A stretch of 45,344 nt of DNA, the filler included, from Jimgerdemannia flammicorona (taxonomy: Eukaryota): NCBI GenBank assembly GCA_003990765.1. It is 2 parts of 2 records of this genome, joined end to end, with 100 filler letters (N's around TTAATTAATTAA, not from the genome) between each part and the next. Parts side by side here need not be neighbours in the genome. Positions count along the whole stretch, not along the records: positions 1 to 22,624 come from RBNJ01001238.1; positions 22,725 to 45,344 come from RBNJ01001239.1. One strand, written 5' to 3'. Position 1 is the stretch's first letter, and every line of letters starts with the position of its first letter. Below are positions 12,051 through 23,445 of the stretch, piece by piece. Below the pieces are notes generated by a model. It was given only the letters and a program-made list of their open reading frames with translations, was not told where the DNA came from and did no database searches. A program made the position numbers and the translations under genes.

Positions 12051-15000
12051 TATTAATATATCTTTGAGTAAGAGTTCTGATAAATATGTTAGGTTAGATA
12101 GATCTGGAGCATTTGGCTGGCAATATGTGGGAAGGAGTTATGGCCTAGAGATGGGCTCTTTTGGAGATATGAAGGATGAGGAGAACTCTGAAGAGTGATC
12201 AGAATCTGATAGAAATAGAGGAGGATCTGAGTCCTCAAGCTTTGCTGACAAGGTAAAGAAGAGTAGATGGCCAGTAGATACTTGGGCTGGCATAGCTGAG
12301 GAGAAAGACAAGACTGCTCTGGGGAGGGCAGAAGGTTCTCTACTTAGGAGAGCAAGTATAGGAACAGAAGAGACTATGGCTGAGAGTAGTGGAGTAACTA
12401 CTGATAGAGGTATAATGGTAAATCTGGAAAAAAAAAGAGATGTAACAGCTGATAGTAGCACTATGCAGAGAAACAGGCAGAGATAGGAGAATCTGGCTGA
12501 TGGTATAACAGGCCAGACAGTGGCTCTTTTACTCAAGAAGTCCATCTTAGAGTTTATAGTTATATTGTACTTCTGGAGCTTAGTAGTGATAGTAAGGATA
12601 GTTCTGAGACTGATCTTGAAGCAGATGACTAGAGTGATCTTGGTAAAGTTCCTAAAAGAGCTTGAGGAGATAGAGTGGGCTTTGAGGAGACTGCCCTCTT
12701 GAAAGAGATAATGAAGAGAGAGCTGACTATAGGAGAGATTGTAGTTCCAATGGCTCACTGTCTGAGGTGAGACCCCAGAGTAGTCTAGTTACTAGTAAAG
12801 AGAGTGCCTACAATGACAATGGTCAAGATAAGGAAGAGGGTAGAGAAAGTGATGGTAAAGTATAGTGAGGTAGTTGATATTAGTTTCTAAGTCTAGAAGG
12901 AGACTTCATTCAGGATAAGAGATATATATAGATGTTAAGCTCTAGTTTACTGGAAAGGAGGCTATAGAGAAGCTGAGGGATGGGCTCTCAGTGCTGATAT
13001 AGGAGGCATTTATCTACTAGATAACAAGAGTGAAAGGGAGTATGGAGGAGGAGGAGGATCTAATAGAGATACTGGAAGAGTTCAGTGGAGCAGTAGAGTA
13101 GCAGACTAAGATATGGTAGGTGTATGTGAATTAAACTCACTTAGAAGTAGTAGATGAGAAGTACATTCAGATAGATAAGAGGTAGTGAGAGAGAGTGCAG
13201 AGGCATAAGTGGCAGAGGGAGTTGCTAGTTAGCTTGAAAGAGAAGATGGTGCCCAGCTCTGAGAGTATGTAGGGAGTGCTCAGAAGAGTGTCTGGGCAGA
13301 TGTTGAGGTAGAGAGGAGTGTATAGACTATAGATGGGAGCTGGGAGATAAGAAACCAGGCTCTCTATAATAATGGTATGCTGGAGGTATAAAAGGAGAGC
13401 AAGGATTTGAGAGAGAGGTCTAGAGATATATGGTAGAGAGCTGGAGAGGATGTGGAGATGATGGGGACTTACCACATTCAGTTTGGAGTACCTGAGATGG
13501 CAAGTAGAGAGTGGGTAGTTGAGGTTAGAAAGAATGAGCTGGTGGATATTTCTGAGGAGAAGTGGGATGAGTCTGTGAGCATAGGGGCAGATATGGTGAT
13601 ACTAGAGACTAGCTGACCAGCAATTCCTAGAGGCAAGAAGATTGGAAACCTACAGTAGATATATCAGGTAATGAATAACTTGATAGCTGAGGAGTTGAGG
13701 GATATAGATTTGTAAGTCATCAGTGAGGAGTACTGGACAAGGGTACTGCAGGGAGAGGATATTGTAGAGGCCTTAGTAATAGAGGTGTTGGCAGTTTTTC
13801 TGGACAAGAAAGGCTATGAGGTAGATGAGATAAGGGAGGTTTAGATAGTGGTGGCTGCTAGAGAGAGGGCAGTCTATTGGTAGAAACAGAAGCATAGACT
13901 AAAGATCTGTCAAAGAGCTTGCCTGAAATACTGAGAGGAGATAGAGCTGAAAGATAGTAATAGATGGACTTTTGGTTAGACTGGAGGCTAAGTGGGTTAA
14001 GGGAGAGGAGGCTGCTGCAGAAAATAGATTAGACTTAGCTAGAGAGGAGAGGAATATGAAGTTGTGAAGAGAATATATCTATTTCAACATTATTTCTTAT
14101 GAATAGTACAACTAATATATTTTTATTAAACATGAATAGCTTGAGAGATAATCAGAGGCAATATAATATTTTACTTTACTAAAGAGATTAAAAGGTGATC
14201 TTTTTCTTCTATAGGATGTACAATGTGAGGAGGACCTAGATTGATAGAAGTGGACAAAAGAATAGAGAGGGGCAGTAGTGTAGATGGATAAGATTGAAAT
14301 ACTAGTGTGGAAAGAGTGAGATGAAATTTGTGATAGCAGGAATTAGGAGGATTGACTAGTTTGGAGAGAATAGCATCAGTCAGGGTGAGAGTCAATTGTG
14401 GTTAGATCTTGTTACTGCCCTACTATTAGGGACAAGTATGTGGAGTGGATTATTGGTCTTTTAGATAGTAGAGCACTTGTAGAGGCTGGAGTGGATATGC
14501 TAGGAGGAGACTTCAATATGGTATATTTGGTATAGATAGACAGAACAGATGGGGGAAGAAATGCTAGAAGCAGGAGTTGTGGCTTAGAAGGTTAGAGCAA
14601 CTTAGATTCTTGGTGGATACTAGTTGAGCTATGTGGGGTGATAGTAGGGTCTATATTCATTAGGTGGATAGACTTAGAACTAGGATAAACTAAGTGCTGA
14701 TAGCTAATTGTTGGGGTCTAGGTATCTGGAAGTCTCTGAAGGTTGAGTAATGTCTATAGTCAGACCACTGAGACTTGTTAGGGTATAGTTGGTTTGGGGG
14801 AAGTGGGGATGGGTCTGAATATTGGTGTCTCAATTCCTCCTTATTAGCTGAGAAGGAGTTGTAGGATACTTGGGCTAAGGACATTGGGCAGAAAGTGGAT
14901 AGTTAGGTCCATAAGGGCACCTCTGTGGATATTCAATGGGTGAGATTGAAGGAGGCCACTAAGAATTACTAGGGTAAGGCCAGTAAGGTGGCTAGAAGAT

Positions 15001-15639
15001 AGTAGCAAAAGAGGGTGGCCTGGGCCTCTGCTAGATTAGTCTGACTTCAGGAGAAGTAGATGAATCTTTTGACCTTAGAGGGGGTTGAGGATTAGAGGCT
15101 GCTGCAAATAAGACTGGAGGTTGCTGAGCAATAACAGGTATTGAAGGAGAAGGAGGAGACTTATATATATGTGAGAAATGGCTGTACAGCTATACTGGTA
15201 TGGGCTAGAGGAGAGAGAGAGGCTCTCTAAGTACCTTTTAAGGCTCCTGTAGGTAAGAAAGATGAGGTAGTAGTGGGAGGGGGTACTGAGTTCTGATGGT
15301 CTGCTGATATATAGTTTACAAAACATTTTGCACTCACTGAAGGAGAGGTGGAGTAATTTATGAAGTGAGAAGAAGGGTGGGGCTGATGTAGCCACTATTG
15401 AACACACTTTGGAAGAGTAGTACTCACCATAAGTAGATGGACTAGGCAATTTGGTATTACTGGTTCAGGAGGAGGAGATACTCCAGATTCTTGCCACAAC
15501 TTTATTAGGTACTGTACCTGGCAAGGATGGTCTGCTCTAGGACTTCTAGAAGAAGATAGTGAGAGTTCCCATACTGGGAGAGATGATGGCACTTTGTGAC
15601 TTAATATTACAGTCAGAGAAGTGGGTGAAAGAGCAGAAT
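12050..15639 (+). mobile_element. L1/Tx1-like LINE copy 1, heavily decayed (ORF1, APE endonuclease, start of RT)
   Basis: Colinear with 16850-20460. Endonuclease start at ~14098 (MNSTTNIFLLNMNSL), LGGDFNMV, SDH, then VPGKDGL; truncated at 15639 by an LTR. Confidence 0.85.
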
Positions 15640-16800
15640 TATAATAGTTCTAGTTTCTTTAAGAGGAAGTGACTAAATCTGGAAGTTCTAGTTGGCCTAA
15701 AGTAGCTTAAAGAGATACTTAAAGGATTTCTGAGAGAAAATATTCTGAACTTTATTCAGGTAGAAAACAAGAATATTTATACAAGATCTGAAAGAAAGAT
15801 CCAAAAGGATCTTGAAAAGAAAGAGAAATGCCAAGAAATAGGTTCTTGACAAAGCTGACTAATACTATTCTACAATGTTCCAAAAGGTTCCATAACTAGC
15901 TAAGACAAGATACTTGGTACTAAGAAAAGACAAGAATGTTCTAGTAGTGTCTGGGTACTGAGAGAAAGTTTCTAAGCAAGTAGAAGGTGCCGGAACATAG
16001 TAGAATGTTCAAGAAATAATAAGAAAAGACTGACTAAAAGACATGAAAAATATACTAAGACTAAATATAACTGTGAAATTGTTACATCTCTCTCTCCTTA
16101 AGAACTAATGTCCTCATTGAGTTCTTAGATAATATAAGGCTAGATATACTTAACCAAAATTTCTCAAACTTGAATTGGTGTATTGACAGGAATTGGCCAT
16201 TCTCATATAGAGCAGAGAATCTATTACTAGATTAACCAACTGAGAGGAGTTTAAACTCAGCTAGTAGCTTCATTTTGGTAGACTTCTTATTTATTAAATG
16301 TTCTGCTGGTTCCAGGGTCCTAAAGTAAACTTCCAATATATAAGGCACTAGTCATTGCCATAGATCATCAATAATCCAAGGAGATCACTATAGAGATTGG
16401 GCAATATATTTTGCCTCAAAGTCTTAAACTAGATCTTGAGAGTTCTTGAGGTTGACCAGTGATTCCCAGATAGCATTATATTCAGAATAACCCATCCACT
16501 TGACTAGGTATTCAGAGCAGTGGTAGTGGATTCATTTGTCAAGAATTTTCTCAGCTTCATACTCAATATGGTCTTCAATAATCACAGGGGTAGAAGGCTT
16601 AGGAATTCAACCAGGATAGAGTGGTGACTGGTTCCAGGTCTTGAGGTGTGACACATAAAAGACCAGGTGTACTCTCATGGTTTCAGGTAGCTTGAGGCAG
16701 TAGGAGGATGCAGAGACTTGTTCAGTGATCTCAAAAGGTCCAATATACTTGAGTTGGAACTTGTTTAAAGAGCAGTTGACTTGACCCTTTCTCAGCTAAC
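15640..16800 (-). mobile_element. Ty3/Gypsy chromovirus 3' fragment: integrase C-terminus, chromodomain(s), PPT, ~447 bp 3' LTR (15640-16086)
   Basis: Minus strand reads KYIGPFEITEQVS...LKLPETMRVHLVFYVSHLK, EYEAEKILD...EYLVKWMGY...WESLVNL. PPT aaggagagagaga is followed by TGTAACA at 16086; the other end TATAATA at 15640 looks like mutated TGTAACA. Confidence 0.8.
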
Positions 16801-19800
16801 ATTCACATTACACACACTTTACAATATACTCTCAAGTCATTTATTGGAGAAAGATGATAAGGAAATGGCAAACAACAAGCATTCTGGGGTGTATACTAGA
16901 CAGGGTGGCCCTAGCACATTCGACTGGCAGCAGGTGGGGAGAGGTCCTGGCCTGGGAGGTGGTATGAGAGGACTGTTGACAGGAGGACAAAGAGGAGATA
17001 GAGACAGTAGAGAAGGACAGGAGTCTGGGAGGGCGAGCTTTGCAGAGGTAGTGAAGGAGAGGTAGCAGATGACAGGGCTGGAGGGTTGGCTGAAGAAAGG
17101 CAAGCAGATGGAGATGATGACATTTTATGGGGGAGTAGCACTTGGGGGTGAGGACAGTGGAGCTGGGGGAGTAGTGGCTGGGGGGGGTGTGATGGCTGAT
17201 GGTGACAGGACTGCCAATCTGGAAAAAAATCAAGATATAATGGCTGATAGCATGGCTAAGCAACTGAGGCTTGGAAGGCAGGGAGATTTGGCAGATGGTG
17301 TGATGGGCCTGGCAGTAGCACTGTTACTCAAGAAATTGATCTCAGTGTTTGCAGTGACATTGTACTTCCAGGGCCTGGTGGTGATGGTAAAAATGGTGCT
17401 GGGGCTTATCGCTAAGCAGATGGCAGAAGCTGCATCTGTGAAGTTCCTGAAGGGATTGGAGAGAGTAGAGGTGGGTTTTGAGGAGGCTGAGCCCCTGGAG
17501 AAAGTGCTGAAGGTTGGATTGATTGTTGGGGAGGTGTGTGTCCTGATGACATACTGTCTGAAATGGGACCCCAGGGTGGTCCAACTGCTGGTGAAAGGAG
17601 TGTCCATGGTGATGGCAGTGGAGATGAGAAGGAGAGTCGAGGAGGTCATAGAAGAGTATAGTGAGGTAGTAGATATCAGGTTCAGGGTCTGGGAAGGGAT
17701 CTCACTCAGGATAGGGGATGTGGATGTGTGGATTCAGCTGGCAGGGAAAGAAGCTACAGAGAAGATAAGGGACTGGTCTTTGGTGATGGTCTGGGGGGCA
17801 ATCTTATACAAGGTGATAAGGATGAAGGGGAGTGAGGAGGAGGAAGAGGACTTGCTAGAGGTACTGAAAGAGATGAGTAGAGCAGTAGAGCAGCAGGTGA
17901 AGGCTTAGAGGTCCTTTGTGGAGTCGACACACTTAAAAGTGGTAGATGGGAAGAGGATCAGAGTGGACAAGGGGCAATGGGAAAAGCTCAGGGCTGTAAA
18001 CATCAGAAGGAGTTACTGGCTAAGATAGAGAGATGACTGCTGAAGGAGGCAGGAACTGGGGGGTGCCAAGGTGAGTGTCTGGGCCAGCAAGAAGGGTGGG
18101 AGTACAGAGAAAGGAACAGAGGAGAACAGGAAAGCAGCTGGTGGTGACCCATATGCTGATAGTACATTTGAGGTCTGGGAGGAGGACTGGGAGGGATCAC
18201 CTACTCCTACCCCTCTCATCAGGTGAGGGCTGGCTTACCAGAGCAGGGCAGGAGAGGATGTGTCAATAAAGGGGGCCCAGTGAGTGCAATTTGGCATACC
18301 TGAGGTAGCAAATAGAGGACAGGTGGTGGCAGTTGGAGAGGAGAAATTAGTGGATGTCCCAGAGGTGTGGGATGAGGCTGCAAGTACTGGGGCTGATACC
18401 ATGATATTGGATAGTGGAAGACTGGTGACCCTGGGAGGGAAGGAGGTGGGAAATCTACTTTAGATGTATAGGATAATGAATAACCTGGTGGCTGAAGAGC
18501 TTGGGGAGGTGGACTTGAGGGTGATGAGTGATGAGCATTGGGTACAGGTATTGCAGGGAGATGATGTAGAGTTGGCATTGAAGATAGAGATCCTTGCAGT
18601 ATATCTGGAGGAGGAAGGGTATGAGGTGGATAAGGAGCAAGAGACTGAACTAGCAGAGGTTGCTGGTAAGAGGGCTAAGTATTGTTGGGCCAAGTGACAT
18701 GGATTGCAGCTCTGGCAGAAGGTCTGTCTGAAATACTGTGAGGAGTTTGAGGAGAAGGTGGATGGAGAGATGAATGAGCTGTTGACTAGATTGGAGGCTC
18801 AGAGGGCTGAAGAGGAGGCAGTGATGATAGAACATAATCTGGACATGGTGCAAGAAGAGATAAACTTGGAGCAGTAGAGATGGACTGGATAAAAACACTA
18901 TACTTCAATATAAATAGTACAACCAACATTTTTTCACTAAATGTAAATAGGTTATGGAGTACTTTTTGACAAAGGAATATTTTTACTTAGCTGAAGAGAT
19001 TGGAGGCTGATCTCTTCCTCTTGCAGAATATCAGGTATGAAGATGATTTGGATAAACTGGAATAGATAAAGAAATGAGGAGGTGAGGCAGTTTGAACAGG
19101 TAAGGTTGGAATTCTGATACAGAAAGGCAGAGGGGAGATAAGGAATATGCAGAGCTGGGAGAATAAACTGGTCTGGGGTGAGTGGATATATACTGGATGG
19201 GAGCCAATTACAGTGGGATCTTGTTACTGCCCTGCTATATAGGGTGAGTATGTGGACTGGGTAAAGGGTCTTCAAGAGAGTGGGACACTTGCAGAGGCTG
19301 GGGTAGATGTACTGGGTGGAGACTTTAATATGGTTTGAGAGGTACTGTTAGACAGAACAGATGGAGGACAAGGAGTTGAGGGTCAGAGTGGTGGGCTGGT
19401 GGCATGGGAGGAAGTAGAAAGGCTGAGTGCTCTGGTGGATGTGGGTAGGAAGTACTGGAGGGATAGGAGGGTATACATACATTGGGCAGAAGGCTTGGGA
19501 ATGAGAATTGATTAGATTCTGATAGCCAGCTGCTGGGGTTTGGATGTGTGGAGATCACTGGAGGTAAAATGGTGTCCTTGGTCAGATCATTGGGGGATTC
19601 TTGGACAGGGTCAGTTTGGGGGGAGTGGGGATGGGCCTGGACATTGGTGTCTCAATTTCTCCTTATTAGATGATAGGATCTGGTGGGATGGGTGGGCTGC
19701 AGACATTCAGCTACAGGTAGAGTGTTGGAGGCAGGAAGGTACTCCAGTGGGTATTCAGTAGATGAGGATGAAGGAGATGGCCAAGGCATACTGGAGTGAG

Positions 19801-22624
19801 GCTGGCAAGGAGGCTGGGAAATAGAGAAGGTGAAAGGTGAGATGGGCTTCTAGTAGACTGTCTAGGCTCTTAGGAGATTGGGTGAGACTGGTGACATTGG
19901 AGGGGGAGGAGAATTGGAGGTCCATATAGGTGAAAAAGGAGGTTGGTGAACTACAACAGGTGCTGCGAGAGGAGGAGAAAGCGAGGGTGAAGAGTTTGGC
20001 AGCTAGGCTATATTGGCAGGGTTTGGAAGAAGGGGAGAGGCCCTCTAAGTTTCTCATGAGAGCCCTTTGGGTAAGGAGGGTGCAACAAAGGTGGAAGGGG
20101 GTGCTTGACTCTGATGGTGTCCTGGTCTATGGTATTCAAGACATTCTTGGATTTTTAAAGGAGCACTAGAGTGGATTGTGGAGTGAGGAGGAGGGTGGGG
20201 TAGATGCCAATACAATTGGCCATGCATTAGAAGATTGGTAACCCCCACAAGTAGATGGAATGGGTGACTTGGTGTTGCCAGTCTAAGAGGAGGAGATCCA
20301 CCAGATTCTCACTATAACAATGTCAGGTATGGCACCTGGAAAAGATGGTTTGCTCTGGGATTTCTGGAAGAAGATGGTCGGGATCCCAGGAGTACTGGGT
20401 GAGATGATGGTATTATGTAATCTTATTCTACAGATAGGGAGATGGGTGGGGGAACAAGATCTGGGGTTGGTGACATTGTTCTACAAGAACAAAGGAAGGT
20501 GAGAGGACTGGAAGAACTGGAGGCTGATTATGCTCTTGGATATGGACAGAAAGTTGGTTACTAAGGTGGTGGTTGCGAGACTACAAATGGTGACACAGAA
20601 AATCTTGAGCATTGAGCAGAGGGGTTTTGTAGGGAGATGGCTCATTAGGGATGGCATGGCCTGGGTATATGGAGTTATTGAAGGGGCATGAGCTTGTGGA
20701 TTGGATGGGTACCTGGTCTTCTTGGACCAGGAGAAGGCTTACGACCAAGTGAGGTGAGTCTGGCTGGCAAAAGTTTTGGATAGGGCTGGGGTTCTGCACC
20801 AGTTCTAATTAGCAATAGTCAGTCTACTGGAAGGGAGTAGAGCAGTGCTTATGTGTAATGGTCATTGAGGGGTGGCTTTTCCCCTAGATAGGGGGGTGCC
20901 CCAGGAGGACCCATTGTCCCCCATTTTGTATGCCCTTTCCCTGGAACTGCTACTGGATAGAATCAGGCAGAAGATAGTGAGGCTCTCCATCTTAGTATCA
21001 GATAGAAGGTAGGGGCCTTTGCAGATGACATGGTGGTTGGACTGGGATCAATTGCTAATGTCAAGGAGCTTAAGGAGACAGTGGAGTGGTATGAGAAGAA
21101 CTCTGGGGCAAGACTTAATTGGCATAAGTGCAAAACAATAGTGTTAGGCAATGGTCTGGTGGGCAGGGAGGTTATTGGAACAATCATCTCTACTGGTAAG
21201 GCAGTGTGGTACTTGGGTATCTATATATTAGTGTATGGGTCAGTACTATCCAGGCTAGTGCTCCCAATGAATCAAGGGTCCAATTCAATTCAATTTGAAT
21301 TGAATCAAAGGTCCAATTTGATTTGAAGTTCGATTCGAACCTTAATTTTCAAAATGTAATAACTCGACGAAAACTCATCCAAATTTAACGTATTTTAGCT
21401 TGTTAGATTCACTGTATTAATGTAATTCTAACAAGCCAAAGTATGTTAGATTTGGATGAGTTACGCTGAGTTATTGCATTTTGAAAATTAGGGTTTGAAT
21501 CAGACCCTCAATTCGATTCGACTTTTGATTCAATTTGAATTGATTCAAATTGAAAAATCCCCAATTCGATTTGACTCATTTAACCCTCAATTCGATTCAA
21601 TTCGAATTGATTCAACTCATTTGGGAGCATTAATCCAGGCTTTGGTAGGAGCAGTGGATTAGCATCTGGGGGGAGGCCCTGTAGAGTTGGGGGGGCCATC
21701 AATTGTCCCTGGCAGGGCGTGTTACAATTTTGAACATCTACTGGCTGCTGAAGTTGTGGTATCTGGCATATTATCTGGATTTCCCATCCTGGGTAGTGAA
21801 GTGGCTGATGAAGCTTGCCATAGGATGGATCTAGACTAGAAGGAGGAGTCAGATAAGCTGGGAGGTCTTGTCCTTACCAGTGGTGAGGGGTGGACTGGGA
21901 CTGGTTGACTTTCCAAAGAGACTATACTGCTTGAGGGTTTGGTGGTTGAAGAGAGCTGTGGAATTGAGAGGGGGTGGTTGGGTTCCCCTATTACAGAAGG
22001 TTTGAGAGAGACAGTTCTTACCAAGAGACTCAACTAGTAATCTCCTATCTTTGGTTGGACTTCAGAACACTAATCAATTGTGATATAAAAGCTTCCAGTT
22101 GGGGATAGCAGAGGGGGCATACTGCATCAGAATCCATTGGCAGGGGAATGAAGGAGAGGAGGATTGGAACCTGGTAATGTGGAGATGGGACTGGGTACTA
22201 CTGGGTGGTATCCCATTACTTGAGTTTGACATTAGTAATGGGATAGACTGCCAGAGGGGACCAGACCAGGATCTGTGGCCCAGTGGTTGATAAGGTGTAG
22301 GAATTGGCGAGAAGTGGGACTGATGTAGCATTTGGACATAGAGTGCTAAGGTGAGAAGATGGATGCTGCTGAAGTACTGGATGACTTAGTGATGCATGCT
22401 GAGGAGGAATGTTATGCTCAATTACTGCTTAGGTCATCTTGTCAAGGGGGGTTGTTTTGACTGTAAGGAGTGCTATAATATAGGACAGAAAGGGGGTTAT
22501 GTACAGATGCCTGAACATTGGCTAGGGGAGTGTGATGTACTTAGTGACTTTTGGCAGACTGTTGGGGATCATTTGGGGGTAAGGGGCAGGGGAACTGGCA
22601 TATGGGGGTGGTGGAAGGATTTGA
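16801..22624 (+). mobile_element. L1/Tx1-like LINE copy 2, near full length, inactivated
   Basis: ORF1 from ~16865 (SFAEVVK motif). ORF2 from ~18910: SLNVN, DLFLLQ, LGGDFN, SDH; RT motifs APGKDGL, QRGFV, DQEKAYD, GVPQEDPLSP, FADD, YLGI, LSLAGRVTILN; C-terminal CxxC..H..C at ~22450-22540. Many stops. Confidence 0.9.
21256..21632. mobile_element. hAT-type foldback MITE, 377 bp
   Basis: TIRs TAGTGCTCCCAA / TTGGGAGCATTA; 8-bp TSD ATCCAGGC at 21248-21255 and 21633-21640; long internal inverted repeat. Confidence 0.88.
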
Positions 22625-22724
22625 NNNNNNNNNNNNNNNNNNNNNNNNNNNNNNNNNNNNNNNNNNNNTTAATTAATTAANNNNNNNNNNNNNNNNNNNN
22701 NNNNNNNNNNNNNNNNNNNNNNNN
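22625..22724. other. artificial assembly linker (44 N + TTAATTAATTAA + 44 N)
   Basis: Exactly 100 nt, symmetric, with a core giving stops in all six frames. Confidence 0.95.
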
Positions 22725-22830
22725 TTTTTAAAAAAATTTATTATCATTTTCTTATTCTTTTTTTTTTTGTGAGATTCTCTGCAATGACAGAACATCCATA
22801 CAGTATAGACTCAGTAATTATTTTTTATTA

Positions 22831-23138
22831 GAGCATTTTCTCGATCAATTGCTCAACAAGGCTGAGGAGCTAGGAAAGAAAGTGGTCATTGTTTCTGAGG
22901 TGTATATGTCAAAGACATATAGTGCATGTGGGTAGATCAATCAGGGGTTGAGCAGTCAAAAGGTCTTTTGGTGCTGGGATTGTAAATGGGTAGTAGATAG
23001 AGATGTAAATGGCACCCAAAGGATCTTTCTGAGAGGACTTCTGTTTCTCGAAGAGAGATCTCAATGAAGGCTTTGCTTGATGGAGCTGCCCAAGTTGCGA
23101 AACTGGTGAGTTTCACGTGCCTGACTAGTGTTGACTAG
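22831..23138 (+). pseudogene. Fanzor2/TnpB C-terminal remnant (zinc ribbon + RuvC-III)
   Basis: FLDQLLNKAEELGKKVVIVSEVYMSKTYSACG*INQGLSSQKVFWCWDCKWVVDRDVNGTQRIFLR, then ALLDGAAQ after a ~35-bp insertion. Matches the TnpB pattern E.YTSKTCS.CG...F.C..C....DRD.NGA. Confidence 0.85.
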
Positions 23139-23172
23139 CCATGGTTAGTGATGCTCGCTTAGACCCATCCGA
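23075..23172 (+). ncRNA. candidate Fanzor omega-RNA scaffold / element right end
   Basis: Hairpins GAAACT-ggtg-AGTTTC and ACTAGC-catg-GTTAGT, possible closing pairing GATGG(23079)/CCATC(23165); overlaps the ORF 3' end as for TnpB omega-RNAs. Confidence 0.4.
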
Positions 23173-23445
23173 CAGCAAACGAAGGAACGAAGGACAGCAT
23201 TTGAGCGTGACATCACCCACTGACTAACCAATCATCCTGAATAATTATGTTATCCTGCATTTCACACCATCGTTCGTTTATTTGAGTACTCCGTTTCCAA
23301 ATCGTGTCACATTTGTTACATTTATGAATTAGTTTCATACTATCGAGTATGAACGTCTTTGTCGTAGCAACCACAATGAGCTCAAGAGTTGATCATGTCT
23401 GCTTGTTTTTTTGTCTCCTTTTCCAACTCAACCTTTCCAGGTTCG

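Noticed and set aside
21256..21632. AATTC/GATTC repeats as a CRISPR-like array
   Set aside because: No regular repeat-spacer structure; explained as MITE subterminal repeats.
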